64,000 bases of DNA from Camelus ferus. Taxonomy: Eukaryota. The notes under the pieces are model-generated. The model had not been told where the DNA came from. It did no database searches and worked only from the letters and a program-made list of their open reading frames with translations. Where the stretch lies: positions 120,962,001-121,026,000 of the forward strand of contig NC_045696.1 of assembly GCF_009834535.1 (NCBI RefSeq). Reading direction: 5' to 3'. Within the stretch, counting starts at the first letter, position 1. Every line of letters starts with the position of its first letter. Shown here piece by piece: positions 1 to 12,695 of this stretch. The translations under genes and the position numbers were made by a program.

Positions 1-2119
1 TGTGTTAAGTGAAGACAGTAGAACAGTCAGCTCCCAGGATGCTCAGAGGTTCCTGGGTCAGGGATTGCTGCTCTCGTCCAGCCCTTCAGACCTGTGGGAG
101 CCACTAGAGGTTGTCTGGCTGTGCTCTGCTTCTCACCGGAGTCCTGGAGACTCTGAGCCCACAGGGCCTGAATGACATCCTCTGCCTCTCAGACCTGTGA
201 GTTTGATTTGCTTTGTTCAGTGTTCAAATTATTCCACGTACATTAGGTTACACAGCAGGGTGTAAATTGTTTAGACAACATTTCTAAGAATGATTGAATA
301 AGAACCGATACCAGTAGCAAACAGGCTCATCTAGCACGTGCCTGTCTGGGCAGATTCTTCCTCTCTCCCAGCTTAGGTTTTCTCATCTATACCAGTGGGA
401 GTTTGGAGTGAGCGAATCTCCGAAGGCCCTTGTGGCCCCACTGCTGTGTCAGTGCGAGAAAACTTCTGGAGGTTTGAGTCAGGCTGTCCTCTATGGAGAG
501 GCAGTGCATAGCACACGGGTATCTTACACATACCCACACGTGTGAAAGTGTTTGGTTCAGTCTGATGATTATAGTAGTGTATAGCCCTCCTCTCTCTTCT
601 TTTTAAGAAAACTTTTTTAAAAAATAGTATAACAAGTGCTGACTTGATAACTGCCTTTTTCATTTCAGCCATTCTGATGAGCATGTCGTGTTACTGCGCT
701 GTGGTTTTAATTTGCATTTCTCTGATGGCTGATAATATTAAACACCTTCTCATGATCTGGGGCCAGTTAGTGCTTCTCAAGTCTTTTGCCTGTTTTATTA
801 CTGGATTCTCCTTTTTCTTACTGATTTATAGGAGTTTTAATTAATTTTTAACACCTTTTCGGATACCAGTCTTTGATAGATCCTTGAATTGCAAGTATCT
901 TTTCTCATTCTGTATCTTCATTTTTACCTTCCAAATGGTGTCTTTTCATGAATAGAAGTTTATGATTTTATTGCAGTCCATTTTGTCAGTCCTTAACTTT
1001 ATTGTTAGTACTTGTTGCCTTTTGTATAAGAAATCTTCACTTACTCCAAGAGCAGGAAGATATTTTCACCTGCTTTCTCTTAAAAGCTTTATCATTGTAT
1101 CTGTAATTGATTTTTGTGCATGTGTGTGCTGTGAGACGGGCCCATATACCTGATTTTCCATATGGATGCTCCACTGGACTAGCATACTTTATTAAGAGGG
1201 TCTTCTTTTCCTCGACCACAGTGCAGTTCATCTTGCATCAGCCAAGCGATTGAATATGTGCAGACCTGTTTTTGAGCCCTGTGTTTTGTTCCACTTGTCT
1301 ATTTTTTTTCTTCTTTGCCAATATCACACTTTCATAAGAAATACAACCTCATAATAAATCTTGCTATTTGGTAATACAAGACTTCCAGATTCCATCTTCT
1401 TCAGTTTCCTTGGCTGCCCTTTGCATTTCCATTTAAATGTTAGAATCAGCTTCTCAGTTCCCACAAAACAGTCTGCTAGGATTCGGATCTATATTGCATT
1501 AGACCTCCAGGTCACTCTGGGGAAAATGGACATCTTCATATTATTGAATCTTCCAGTCCAGGAGTGTGGCTCTACCCCTCCCTGGTTTTTTAGGTCTTCT
1601 CTAATTCCTCTCAGCAATGTATTCAGGTTTACAGGGCAGGATCCTGCACATCTTACGTTAGATTTATTCCTAGGTATTTAACATTTTGTGATGTTAACAT
1701 AATTGACACTTTTAATTTCATTTTTAAGTGTGTCTGTACAGGCTTATAGAAATTACCTTTGTATCCAACAACTTTGATAAATTTAATTGTTAATTCTAAT
1801 AGTTAGTAGTGTCTTTTGACCTTTATAAATGTGCTCAATCATGTTCAAATACTTAATGACGCTGTCTTTTTTAATCTTCATGGCTATGTTTTACTGTTTC
1901 TGGCCTATTGTTTGGGTGGCACCCTCACTTCAGTGTTGAATAGCAATGATGACAGTAGGCTTTCTTATCTTTTTTCTTGATCTCAAAAGTAAAGCATAAA
2001 CTTTCAGTATTTTACTAGTAAGTATAATAGTTACTATATATTTTATAACTTTAAAATCAGATTAAGGAAGTTCTCTTCCATTCCCAGTGTGCTCAGTTTT
2101 CCTCTTTTTTAAATCACAA

Positions 2120-2870
2120 ATTTTTTTTTAAATTGAAGTACAGTTGATTTACAATGTCGTGTTAGTTTCAGGTGTACAGCAAAGTGATTCAATTATACAT
2201 ATATATGTTCTTTTTCATATTCTTTTCCTTTATAGATTATTACAAGATATTGAATATAGTCCCCTGTGCTATACAGTAGGACCTGTTGTTTATCTATTTT
2301 ACATATAGTAGTGTGTATCTGTTAATCCCAAACTCCTAATTTATGCTTCCCCTCGACTCCTTATCCCTTTGGTAACCATAGTTTGTTTTGAGTGTCTGTG
2401 AGTCTGTTTCTGGTTTGTAAATAAGTTCCTTTGTATCTTTTTTTTTAGATTCCACATATAAGTGATATAGGATATTTGTCTTTGTCTGACTTACTTCATT
2501 TAATATGATAATCTCTAGGTCCAGCCATGTTGCTGCAAATCCANNNNNNNNNNNNNNNNNNNNNNNNNNNNNNNNNNNNNNNNNNNNNNNNNNNNNNNNN
2601 NNNNNNNNNNNNNNNNNNNNNNNNNNNNNNNNNNNNNNNNNNNNNNNNNNNNNNNNNNNNNNNNNNNNNNNNAAAAGTGCTGCTATGAACTTGGGGTGCA
2701 TGTGTCTTTTTGANNNNNNNNNNNNNNNNNNNNNNNNNNNNNNNNNNNNNNNNNNNNNNNNNNNNNNNNNNNNNNNNNNNNNNNNNNNNNNNNNNNNNNN
2801 NNNNNNNNNNNNNNNNNNNNNNNNNNNNNNNNNNNNNNNNNNNNNNNNNNNNNNNNNNNNNNNNNNCTAC
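2120..2870 (-). mobile_element. Young cetartiodactyl-type L1 3' end (tail type 1) inserted into the old L1; partly N-masked
   Basis: Poly-T followed by aattgaagtacagttgatttacaat...tagattccacatataagtgata. The old L1 resumes after the insert (cacaa present on both sides). Confidence 0.85.
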
Positions 2871-4212
2871 ACCACAATGGGTTTTGACTTTCATCGAATG
2901 TTTTTTCTGCATCAAGATAATGATGTAATTTTAATTTTCTCTTTTCTTCTATAAAAAGGTATATTCCATTGATTGATTTTTAAATGTTAAGTCAACTCTG
3001 TATTCCTGAAATAAAATCTATTTGGTCATGATATATTATCTTTTTACTGTATCATAGTATCCTATTTGAAATGCACACACTTGTGTGTGTGTTTGGATTT
3101 GTTGACTGTGTGTTGATGAAAAATTCACCTATAATTTTCTTTTTTCTATATTTTTCCTTTCTTATCTTTTCCTCATTATATGTTTATAAAAGGAGACATT
3201 GAATAAGATTGGCGTTATTTATTCCTTAAATATTTGGAAGAATTTGCCAGTACAGTAAAGCCATCTGGCTATGGAAGTTTCCCTTGTTAAATTTTTTTTT
3301 CAGTTACTATATTAAACAGTTACTTTTCTCTGTTTAGTAGATTTTCTATCTCTTCTCATATCAGTTTGCTAAGTTACATTTTTAGACTATTATTTCATCT
3401 GGTTTGTCAGATTTCTTGGAGAAAACTATGTTTGTGACGTCACCCTGACACTTCTAACACCTGTGCAGCCTCAGTGCTGCCTGCTTTCCCGCCCTGGCCT
3501 TCTTCACCTCTGTGATGTTTCCACTTTCCTTGATCAGCCTTGCTAGAGGTCTATTACATTTTTAGTGTTTATTGATTTTATTTTTATTGTATGTTTGTTT
3601 CTAGCTCATTAATTTTCACTGTTTTAAAATTTTTTTCCTTCTTTAAATTTTCTTTCTTGACTTGCTGCTCTTTTTCTAGCTTCTCAAGTTGATTTGAACC
3701 ATAGATGTTAAGACTTTTTCTTTGTTAATATATGCATTTGATACTTTCAATTTTGTTAAAAGCTTTTACTTTAGCTGCATTTAATTAGTGTTGATATTTT
3801 GTGCCTTTATTAGCATTCATTTAAAAATATTTTCTAATTTCTGTTGTGATTTCTTGTTTGACCCAGGGACTATTAAGATGTGTATTCCTTAATTTTCAAG
3901 CAGTTGGAGATCTTGTAGCTTAATGTTGTTAATGTCTAGCTTAATTTCACTGTTGTCAGGAAATACTCCCTGAAGATTTCAATTGTCTGTAAGGCCAATT
4001 TTGGTAAATGTTTCATGTGCCCTTGAAAAGAACCTGAATTCTGTCATTGTTCAGTGCATTTATGTTAATTTGCCGATTTTGGTAATTGTGTTTAGATTTT
4101 CTCTATCCTTACTGACTTTTTTCTGTTTGCTTGTTCTATCAGTTATTGGAAATGTGTTAAAGTCTTTCACACTGATTGTGAATTTGTCTATTTTTCTTTT
4201 TCTTTCTGTTGA

Positions 4213-4780
4213 TTTTTTTTAACATTTTTTATTGATTTATAATCATTTTACAATGTGTCAAATTCCAGTGTTCAGCTCAATTTTTCAGTCATTCGTGGAC
4301 ATATACACACTCATTGTCACATTTTTTTCTCTGTGAGTTATCATAACATTTTGTTTATATTTCCCTGTTCTATACAGTGTAATCTTGTTTATCTATTCTA
4401 CAATTTTGAAATCCCAGTCTATCCCTTCCCACCCTCCACCCCCCTGGTAACCACAAGTCTGTATTCTCTGTCTGTGAGTCTATTTCTGTCCTGTATTTAT
4501 GCTTTGTTTTTGTTTGTTTGTTTGTTTTTGGTTTTGTTTTTTAGATTCCACATATGAGCGATCTCATATGGTATTTTTCTTTCTCTTTCTGGCTTACTTC
4601 ACTTAGAATGNNNNNNNNNNNNNNNNNNNNNNNNNNNNNNNNNNNNNNNNNNNNNNNNNNNNNNNNNNNNNNNNNNNNNNNNNNNNNNNNNNNNNNNNNN
4701 NNNNNNNNNNNNNNNNNNNNNNNNNNNNNNNNNNNNNNNNNNNNNNNNNNNNNNNNNNNNNNNNNNNNNNNNNNNNNNNT
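4213..4780 (-). mobile_element. Young L1-derived 3' end (tail type 2); partly N-masked
   Basis: Poly-T then aacatttttttattgatttataatcattttacaatgtgtcaaattccagtgttcagc, the reverse complement of the 61603-61760 and ~46370-46490 tails. Confidence 0.85.
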
Positions 4781-5206
4781 TGCTTCACGTACACACGCAT
4801 GTGCTCACACTTACACACACAGTGTTGCTGGGTGTATGTGGTTTTAGAACTCTTGTATGTTCTTAGAAGTTTGCTTTCTTTACCAGTCTACCATCTTAAC
4901 CCTAGTAGTGGTTCTTGCCCTAAAGTCTGCTTTGTCTGGTGTTAGTATAGCTACACCAGCAATATTCTGATAAGTATTTGCATGGTATATCTCTTTCTGT
5001 CAACTGCTCTGTGTTCTTATATTTAAGATTTGTTTCATGAAGAGTTATAATTTTTTACCCAGTCTGGTAATCTTTTTATTGGAGTACTGTCTATTTATGT
5101 TAAATGTAATTACTCCATATTTATAATTTTCTTTGCTGTCTTGTTGTTTGCTTTCTATACATCTCACTTGTTTAATGTTCCTTTTTCTGTCCTTCTTGCT
5201 TGCTTC

Positions 5207-5297
5207 TTTTTTTTCTTTTAATGGAGGTACTGGGAATTGAACCTTGGACCTCATGCATGCTAAGCATATGCTCTACCACTGAGCTATACCCTCCCCC
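5207..5297 (-). mobile_element. tRNA-Ala-derived camelid SINE (Vic-1-like)
   Basis: Reverse complement reads ggggagggtatagctcagtggtagagcatatgcttagcatgcatgaggtccaaggttcaattcccagtacctccattaaaagaaaa, i.e. A-box, B-box and A-tail. Flanked by the repeat ttcttgctt (5193-5201 and 5299-5307). Confidence 0.88.
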
Positions 5298-5994
5298 TTT
5301 CTTGCTTTCTTCTAATTTGAATTTTTATTATTTGAGTTTTTCCCTCCAGTAACTTGTAGTATGCACGTGTCAGTTACACATTATTTCACTATTCTTTCAG
5401 TGGCAACTCTAGCAATTCTAACGTGCATCCTGACGTATTACAGTCTAGTAAAAATGATTACTTCACTTTCTCAGTAATATTAGGACCTTGTGATACTTTA
5501 CCATCTTATGTCTTTTGCATTATTTTTGTCATGAAGTGTTATCCTACATATTTAAGTCCCACAAGAGAGTTGGTATTGTTTTATGGAGTTAGTATTGACT
5601 TACACATACCCACACACCACCTCCTCCAGGGCTCTACACTCCTTTCATCCCTTGTTCCTGCCTGGGATTCTCTTTCTTCTGTTGGAGGAACTCCCCTTCA
5701 GAATTTTAGTGCTTTCCTGCTGGCAATGAATTTTCTCAGTTTTTGTGGATCTAAAAATATCTTTCTTTCACCTTTATTTGAATGAAATTATTTTTATGGA
5801 TATAGAAATCAAGACGTATGCTACTACTCCAAATAGCAGTTAGTAGTCTTGCAGATGGATGCAAATTTATTGAGCTTCAAATAATTTTCATAATTTATAA
5901 GGTTTACATGGATCTTGGAATTATAGTCAATATCATGTGATTTCTCCTAACATCCCTCTCTTTCTAGTATTCCATCTGGAAATAGTTTAGGGTT

Positions 5995-6190
5995 TGGAAG
6001 GAAAAAGACTTAATTCAGGAGTCAGTCAAGGTCACTTGTGTGACCTTGGCCAAGTCATTTAATTTCTCTGAGCTGGTTTCCTTATGTATAAAATGGGGAA
6101 AATACAATATTGGCTCTATTTCACTAGGAAGTTATGAGGCTCTGTTGAGATATATATGGCACTGCTTTGTAATATGTAAAGTGTCAATCA
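5995..6190 (+). mobile_element. MIR
   Basis: Core motif tgtgtgaccttggccaagtcatttaatttctctgagc...ttccttatgtataaaatgggga. Confidence 0.75.
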
Positions 6191-7244
6191 GTTTGAAAAT
6201 TTTAGTATGATTATTGTTTACTGGAACAGAAACATTTTCAGTATGTCTATCCAGAATTTTCTTGCAAATGCACATTTTCTTGAACACCCACAAAATGGTT
6301 AAAATTATAGTATTCATGTATGTATATATTTATATATGCCTTGCCTTTTATGAGAAAGCGGAACAGTGTTTTACATAAAATACAGCTTACACAAGGTCAA
6401 CTGCAAATTTATTTCTAATCTTTCAAGCAACTAATAAGAAGAGGGAGATCTGGACAGTTACAGAATTCAAAATACCATTAAGATAAAAATAATCCATTAT
6501 CCAGAAGAACTACAGTTCTTTCTTAACACTAAGTTCAGGCAGGAATTTCCCCTTAGTTTTCTTAATGATGTAGATTATTTAAATTTTTTTTCTGCTGATT
6601 TAGAGATTGCTGATTTGCATGGTTAATCCAAATTAGTGTTGGACTCATCTAGGGGTTTAATACCCTGCTTCATGCTCCCAGAGGGAGAATCACACACTTT
6701 AATGTGAGCTGCAGGCGGTGCTCTTCCAGCCAGCTGGCAACTGGGGTCTGTTTAGAAAACTAATAAAGAATGCCGGTTTCCTTGCAAAACACTTGGACAC
6801 ACACTAGAGGGAAAGTTGGGCTAAAACATTTAAATTGTATTTCACGTACACGACATCGACTGAACTGCCTGAGGAAGACAGTATTCGCCTGCACTTTATC
6901 TTCCCTTCACAGAGGTCAATGCGCCAGTTCCTCACCACACTGATCACATGTTTATTGAGTCCCTGCTACATGTAGACATACTCCTCTCTCTCTTCGATGA
7001 AAAGTACTCATTCAGACTCACATTTTGTGCTTTCTCCTTTCACTTTTTCCTTTTTTTTTTTTTTTTTTTTTTAGTAAGCCTGCATAATGGAAAACAAAGT
7101 GTGGAACTGAAGCTTTTAAACAAACAGCTGAGGGGTTTGTTTGTGCTCACACCCAGTGCCCTGACACACCTGAGAATTTGCGTGACAATCAAGTTTAAAG
7201 TAGGACGTTTATTCCTCATTTAAATTCTTTGCCTGTGTCTTCAG

Positions 7245-7394
7245 GTCTCTAGCGTGCATTTTGTATGAGATGTGCTGCCTGAACCACGCATTCGCAGGCT
7301 CCAATTTCTTGTCCGTGGTTTTAAAGATTGTGGAAGGCAGCACACCGTCCCTCCCCTCAACGTACCCCAGAGAGCTGAACGCCATCATGGAAAG
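7245..7394 (+). CDS. NEK11: NEK11 coding exon (150 nt; about human exon 8), kinase subdomains IX-X: (W)SLACILYEMCCLNHAFAGSNFLSVVLKIVEGSTPSLPSTYPRELNAIME
   Basis: Acceptor tgtgtcttcag|G at 7244/7245 and donor AG|gtacgg at 7394/7395. The translation closely matches recalled NEK11 (SLACILYEMCCMNHAFAGSNFLSIVLKIVEGDTPSLP). Confidence 0.97.
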
Positions 7395-7486
7395 GTACGG
7401 AGAGGCTCGCATTGCCGCAGGAGGGATTTCAGTTGCACTTGTATTTTAGCGCATTTGGACAATCATTTTCTTTTTAAACATTACAG

Positions 7487-7565
7487 CATGTTGAACAAGA
7501 GTCCTTCGTTGAGACCATCTGCTATAGAAATTTTAAAACTTCCTTACATCGATGCACAACTACAG
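7487..7565 (+). CDS. NEK11: NEK11 coding exon (79 nt), end of kinase domain: (S)MLNKSPSLRPSAIEILKLPYIDAQLQ
   Basis: Acceptor ttacag|C and donor CAG|gtattt. Phase-compatible with the previous exon (AG|C = Ser) across a 92-nt intron. Contains the subdomain XI motif RPSA. Confidence 0.97.
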
Positions 7566-9033
7566 GTATTTAAATGAGCGGGAGTCCAGGAAGCACGCAT
7601 TAGCATTTATGTACATTCTAGGACTTGAAGATATGCTGTGGGAATAAGGTGCCTTAAGAATCAGTCAGGAAGAAGCAATAAGATTTTCCTGAAAATCTGG
7701 GAGTAATTATCAGTAGGCAACCTTTTTGCAAAAGAAGGGGTGTAACCTCCAGTTCCCTGGGGTCCCAGGTGCAAGAAGTTAGGATTGTGACTTTCTGCCT
7801 AAACTCAACGTCCACCCTTAGAGCACCTGGTTGACAAGTCTTCCCTCCACATTCTGTGAGCGCGTGCCTGCTGGTGCAAGGGTGCTGCTATGCTGCAGGC
7901 TCGGTCACGTGGGGCCTTGGTTTACCCCCCCCCCCCAAGAAGAGATCTTAGGGATACTTTTTATTGACTCAGTGAGTTTATTTTGTTTTCCTGTAGGTTA
8001 GAAATTTCGATGTAGAGAATCTGCCTCCGGTGATAAGGAAAAAGCAAATGGTACCCTCTGGGGAGGTTTTTCTTTTTTTTTTTCAAACTTCATAGGCTTT
8101 TACAATACAAATCCCCCAGGCAGATTCCCTTTAATTGTAGGAATAGTTTTAAGTGGACTCACAGAGCAGCCATTCACCTTCACAAATGGGCACATGTCTT
8201 CTTCATCAGCGTCCCGTTCTCCATCCACGGGAAACAAGGATGCTGACTTGAGGGGTGTTCGTCAGTTGAGCGCCAGGCACTGTACTGACACTGGAGGTGA
8301 CAGGTTGGAAGGAACAGATGTGTCTCCTGCTCTTTTGAAGCTTGACTGTTAGTAAGAGGACCCAATAACTAAGAAGGAGTCAGCAAATAAAGAAAATAAT
8401 TGTAAATGTTAGAAGTGCTAGGAAGTGCTAAGAAAGCAAACAGGATGCTGTAAAATAAGGGAAGGGAAGGGCTTGGGTGCTCGGAGGAGGAGCTGGTGAC
8501 ATTGTGACACCATCAAGGTGTGGGAAGCAGCCAGCCCTGCAGGGAGCCTGAGGAAGGGGGTTGGAGTCACAGGGCACATCCCTGACTTAGGGAGGGGGAT
8601 GTTCCCAGAGGGACCTGGGTGGGGGACGCTCCAATGCCAGCATGTGCTGGGGTGGGTGGTGAGGACGAGGAGGAACAGCACAGGAGAAGGGAGGTGCAGC
8701 AAGTTCTCAGTGCAAAGCGGGCTCCACTTGCCCACGGGCAGGCCTTCGGAAAACAGCCAAAAGTTGGTTGAGATCAAAACCACACTGGAGGGTCTGTGAG
8801 TAAACAAACAAAAAAAGAGTCGAAAGGCATCCAATAGATCCCCTGGGACTAGGGTGAGGCAGGTGAGGCATTTGTCCTGGGACAAAATTAAAGAGGACAC
8901 CAAAAACTCAGTAATCAAGATGAGTAATATTGTAATGTGGTGTTTAAAAATCCAAAGTAATGTAAAAATTCAAGGTAACAAAATATCATAAGCTCAAGGA
9001 CAGGATCCAAGAGGGCTAGGATTAAGGTGAAGC

Positions 9034-9651
9034 TGAAACTGGGCAGGACCCTGTGGGGCCTTCCGGGCATGAAAGCCTCGTGTGTCCCCCACTTCCCGTT
9101 TCTAGGGAAAAAGGCTTCAGTCTTCAAAGAGCGGACTTAAGCAGTTATTAACTAGGGAAGGGAGGGAAAGCAGGAACAAAAGCATTCAAGCAAGAAAAAT
9201 AATGATAGCTTTAACAACAGTTCAGGGATAAAATGGAGTCCCAGTTCTTCCTCCATGGAGACTCAGAACGATCTGACACAGATCTTTGAGCTGTTCTGCA
9301 GAAACTAAGACCTCACCAAGTGGATACTGGGGACTACGTCCTGACCACAAGCACATGGACCCCAGACTGGTGAAGCAGCAGGTTGAGGTTTAAGATTCCC
9401 AAAACATCACCCTGTTACCTCACCACCAACCAATCAGAAGAAAGTGCACGAACTACAAACTTCACCCCAAATGTTACCTTTAAAAACCCTCCCTGGAGAG
9501 CCATGGGGAGTTGGAGTCTTTTGAACATTAGGCGCCCGTTCTCCTTGCTTGGCATCTGAGGAACACGCTGGGCTTTCCTTCACTACGGCCTGCGGTCAGT
9601 AGACTGGCTTTGCTGTGCGGGGGCGAGCAGACCCAAGCTCAGATGGGAACA
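9034..9651 (+). mobile_element. Solo LTR, ERV1-class (cetartiodactyl type), 618 bp
   Basis: TG...CA termini (tgaaactgggcaggaccctgtggggcc ... agatgggaaca), a perfect 4-bp TSD aagc (9030-9033 and 9652-9655), an internal CCAAT (accaatcag) and a tttaaaaa TATA-like box. Confidence 0.85.
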
Positions 9652-10162
9652 AAGCAAGTTCAGGACTGGATCCTGGCAATATTTAAACTTTTGATGTCAT
9701 ATTCTCCACAGCTTTTATCATTAGTATTGATCTGTTTTAATATTGCATTAAAATATTATTTATCCAGGTTACTGAGTTTCTTGTGCCCCTTAAATTTTGC
9801 ACCTGAGGTGAATGCCTCCCTTGTCTCAGCCTGGTCCCGGCCCTGGGCGTGGAGGCTTGTCCACTGCAGGCCTGGATGGGGAGCCGAGGGCAGGCCTGCC
9901 TGTGGCTGGAACGAGAGAGCAGGCTGTCAAGATGAAGGTGGCCAGGTGGGCAGGAGCCTGACCCCACAGATTCTGTTTGCATAAGTTACTGTGTTATTTT
10001 TTTAACCCTTTATAGAAGGACAAATGGCTACCAGTGGGTTTGTTTCCAAGCCCCCAGATATGGGTAGTTGTTCTACAGATCAGAAGGGCACCCGGGGGTT
10101 TTATGCCTTCTCATCCTTGAAGAGGAGTCTTTAAGGTGCATCGGGGGTTTTCTTTTTTTCAG

Positions 10163-10248
10163 CATCTGATGTGTCGCTATTCGGAAATCACGCTGGAAGA
10201 CAAGAATTTGAATTGTCAGAAGGAGGCTGCTTATATAATTAATGCCGT
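10163..10248 (+). CDS. NEK11: NEK11 coding exon (86 nt): HLMCRYSEITLEDKNLNCQKEAAYIINA(V)
   Basis: Acceptor tctttttttcag|C and donor GT|gtaagt. Phase 0 in, phase 2 out. Matches recalled NLMCRYSEMTLEDKNLDCQKEAAHIINAM. Not shown in the ORF track. Confidence 0.95.
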
Positions 10249-12089
10249 GTAAGTAATTGCTCTGTTTTTTTTTAAAACCCATTGAGTGTAAGTGTTAAAT
10301 GCGTTTGTCTTAAAAAGTCTATTAGCATTAAGCTGACTGCATGGAGTCTCCTAGGATTCACTTAAGTCTTGCCAAGAAATTAAGGAGCTTCAGTAACTTG
10401 GCGTTCCAAAGCCCTTCACCCCAGGTGGTAGCAAATTGAAATCATAAAAGTTTAAACCTCTGCACAGCTTACAGATCTGCAGGGTAGCTCTGCAGTTGTC
10501 TTCTAAGTATAGAGGGAAATTCATATCTCAAACATTTAGTGATATTTATGCTAATGAACATTGAGATTAAGCATAAATAGCTTCTGCACGTTGTTTGCTT
10601 AACAGGAACTGGCAGAATAGCTATTGAAAATATAACATTGAACTTCTAGGACAATTGAAAATAAGCCAAAATCCACTTTCTGGAGATAGACATGAGAACC
10701 AGAGAATGTGTGCTTCACAAAGAACCATAATTATTTCCTCATCTAACTTCTCTCTCCTACCTCACTCAAAATTTGTCATAACTTAAAAGAGCCCCAAATT
10801 CTAGGTTACTTCAGAACAGCCCTGGGCAGCTGTTCAAGCTGTGTACTGCTGAATTCCACAGGGGCACCCCTGATAAGATAAGACCAAACCTATAATTTTG
10901 CTGAAAGAACTCTCTACCTAATTTTGTAAGGACCCGATGAGGACAGTCCCTCCCAGAGCTGTACAAGGCAGCGGGTGAGAACAGGAGCCCTCACTGGCTG
11001 ATCTTCAAGGCCAAATAACACAAATATGCTTCTCTAATCCTCAGTCCAGTGGTTTCTCAACGGCACTGTGTTGGTTTTCCGTCTTCACATTCAAACTGAG
11101 AAAACTGGACCATCAAAGCTGTCAGTGTTCATTTACTGCATGAGCTCCAGCGAACATGCCCTAACCTCAGGAGGCAAGTCCTCAGACATCCTCCCATACC
11201 CTCGTTTTCTTGGATTTCTACCTATTTTTTCAGGAATGCTGGAACTTCTCATTCTATTTTATTAACAAGATATGTGAGAGTGGAAGAAATCTCATTTTAA
11301 AACTATTGGACTAATTTTAGCTCTCATTTTGCCCTGCGGTGGTGACACAGTCTTCCTGACAATGCTCACAGTTAAAGTGTGCTGGCGGCCACTTGTTTGG
11401 GTGGTCTTCCACATTATGAAGTACTGATTTCACATTGTCACTATTATTTTCTAGATCTATGACTATGTGTTAAGGAGCTCTGTTTGGTCTTACAAAATAA
11501 GGCATGTGTATTCCTGAAAACTGCGTGTCCCCTGGACTCTCTGATCTGAACTGTGTTCCAGAGGGATGAGAACTGCCTATAATGAGCGGTCATTATAATT
11601 TCCTCATAGTGTTTCTTAAGGATGGAGTTGAATGCAAAAGGTATTCTGCTGTTGGTCCTAACCAGGCCAGGCGCAGAAACAGTACCATTGAGAAGTGGTC
11701 GCACACCTTTCCGTACATGATTCATGGGGGCACGTATCCTTAACTGTAGAAAGAGTTTCTTTCATAACACTGGCTAACACTTTGGGGATGACAACCGTAC
11801 ACTTGGCTCTGTTATAAGCACTTCGAATGAATTAACTCATTTTACTCACAACCACCGTGTGAACTAAGTACCATTATCATTATCATCTAAATGATCAGAG
11901 ACGTTCTGTAATTTGCCCAAGGGCGTATGGCACGTAGCACACTGCAGACCATGCACTCCATCACCAGCCATGCCGCCATGAAAGTACCTACGGTGTGAAG
12001 CCTGGAGTGTAAGACATTCAAGAGCACCCAGCTAGAATAATACCGCCGTTTGGGGGTACTTTTATGTGTCACACCCTCTACATACATTG

Positions 12090-12245
12090 TCTCACGTGAT
12101 ACTCATGACAGCCCATTCTTTATGGATGAGAAAACTGAGGTTCAGGGAGATCAGTAACATGCCCAGCGCCACAGAGCTAGTGAGCGGTAGGGATGGGATT
12201 CAAACCCTGCCTGCCTGATTCCAAAACTGTGTCCTATCCGCGTGG
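12090..12245 (-). mobile_element. MIR
   Basis: cccattctttatggatgagaaaactgaggttcagggag...ggattcaaaccc, the antisense MIR core. Confidence 0.75.
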
Positions 12246-12575
12246 CTGAGTTAGTCTGCTGGTCTGTTCCTCCCTCAAGGCCCATTGGTCCTCATTGGTC
12301 TTCCATTATGAAAACTAGTCACAGGCAATGACATGAGCAGAAGTGTGGAAAGTACGTAACTTGCTTTTAAACGAAAATGTAATTTGAAAAATATTGCCAA
12401 TTAACCACAGTCCTGCTTGGCTCATTACCTACCCCGTGTTTATTAGTTTTTGCCTGGTGTGCCTCGAGACGCTTTTTCCCTCCTCGGTGGTATGATGGTA
12501 CCTGCTGTAAAAGGCTTGTTCCGTTTTTCTGAGTGTGATCAGGTGGGCTGCATGGGGGCTCTCTGTTACCTGCAG

Positions 12576-12695
12576 GCAGAGAAAGCTCCACCTGCAGACT
12601 CTGCGGGCACTGTCGGAAGTGCAGAAGATGAGCCCGAGGGAGCGGATGCGGCTGAGGAAGGTCCAGGTGGCTGACGAGGAGGCCGGGAAGCTGAA
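12576..12695 (+). CDS. NEK11: NEK11 coding exon (120 nt), coiled-coil: QRKLHLQTLRALSEVQKMSPRERMRLRKVQVADEEAGKL(K)
   Basis: Acceptor gttacctgcag|G and donor AA|gtaagc. Phase 2 to phase 2. Matches recalled QKRIHLQTLRALSEVQKMTPRERMRLRKLQAADEKARKLK. Confidence 0.95.

Larger units (their letters stand above)
620..5820 (-). mobile_element. Old L1M-type LINE (ORF2 and inter-ORF remnants), antisense to NEK11, interrupted by younger insertions
   Basis: T-rich antisense L1 motifs: gtggttttaatttgcatttctctgatggct (~700), aaggaagttctcttccattccc (~2065), gtaaatgtttcatgtgcccttgaaaaga (~4005), aattttctcagtttttgtggatctaaaa (~5730). Boundaries approximate. Confidence 0.8.

Noticed and set aside
5207-5297. tRNA-Ala gene (also 21932-22024)
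   Set aside because: A-rich tails, flanking duplications, imperfect stems and no T-run Pol III terminator on the coding strand indicate SINE copies, not tRNA genes.
1-7244. Upstream NEK11 kinase exons (HRDLK, DFG, YMSPE)
   Set aside because: None were found; the region is almost all L1 and MIR, so these exons lie before the window.
7925-7936. C12 run and other homopolymers (T run at ~7049-7072, A run at ~41630-41651)
   Set aside because: Simple sequence with no associated structure; run lengths are unreliable in this assembly.
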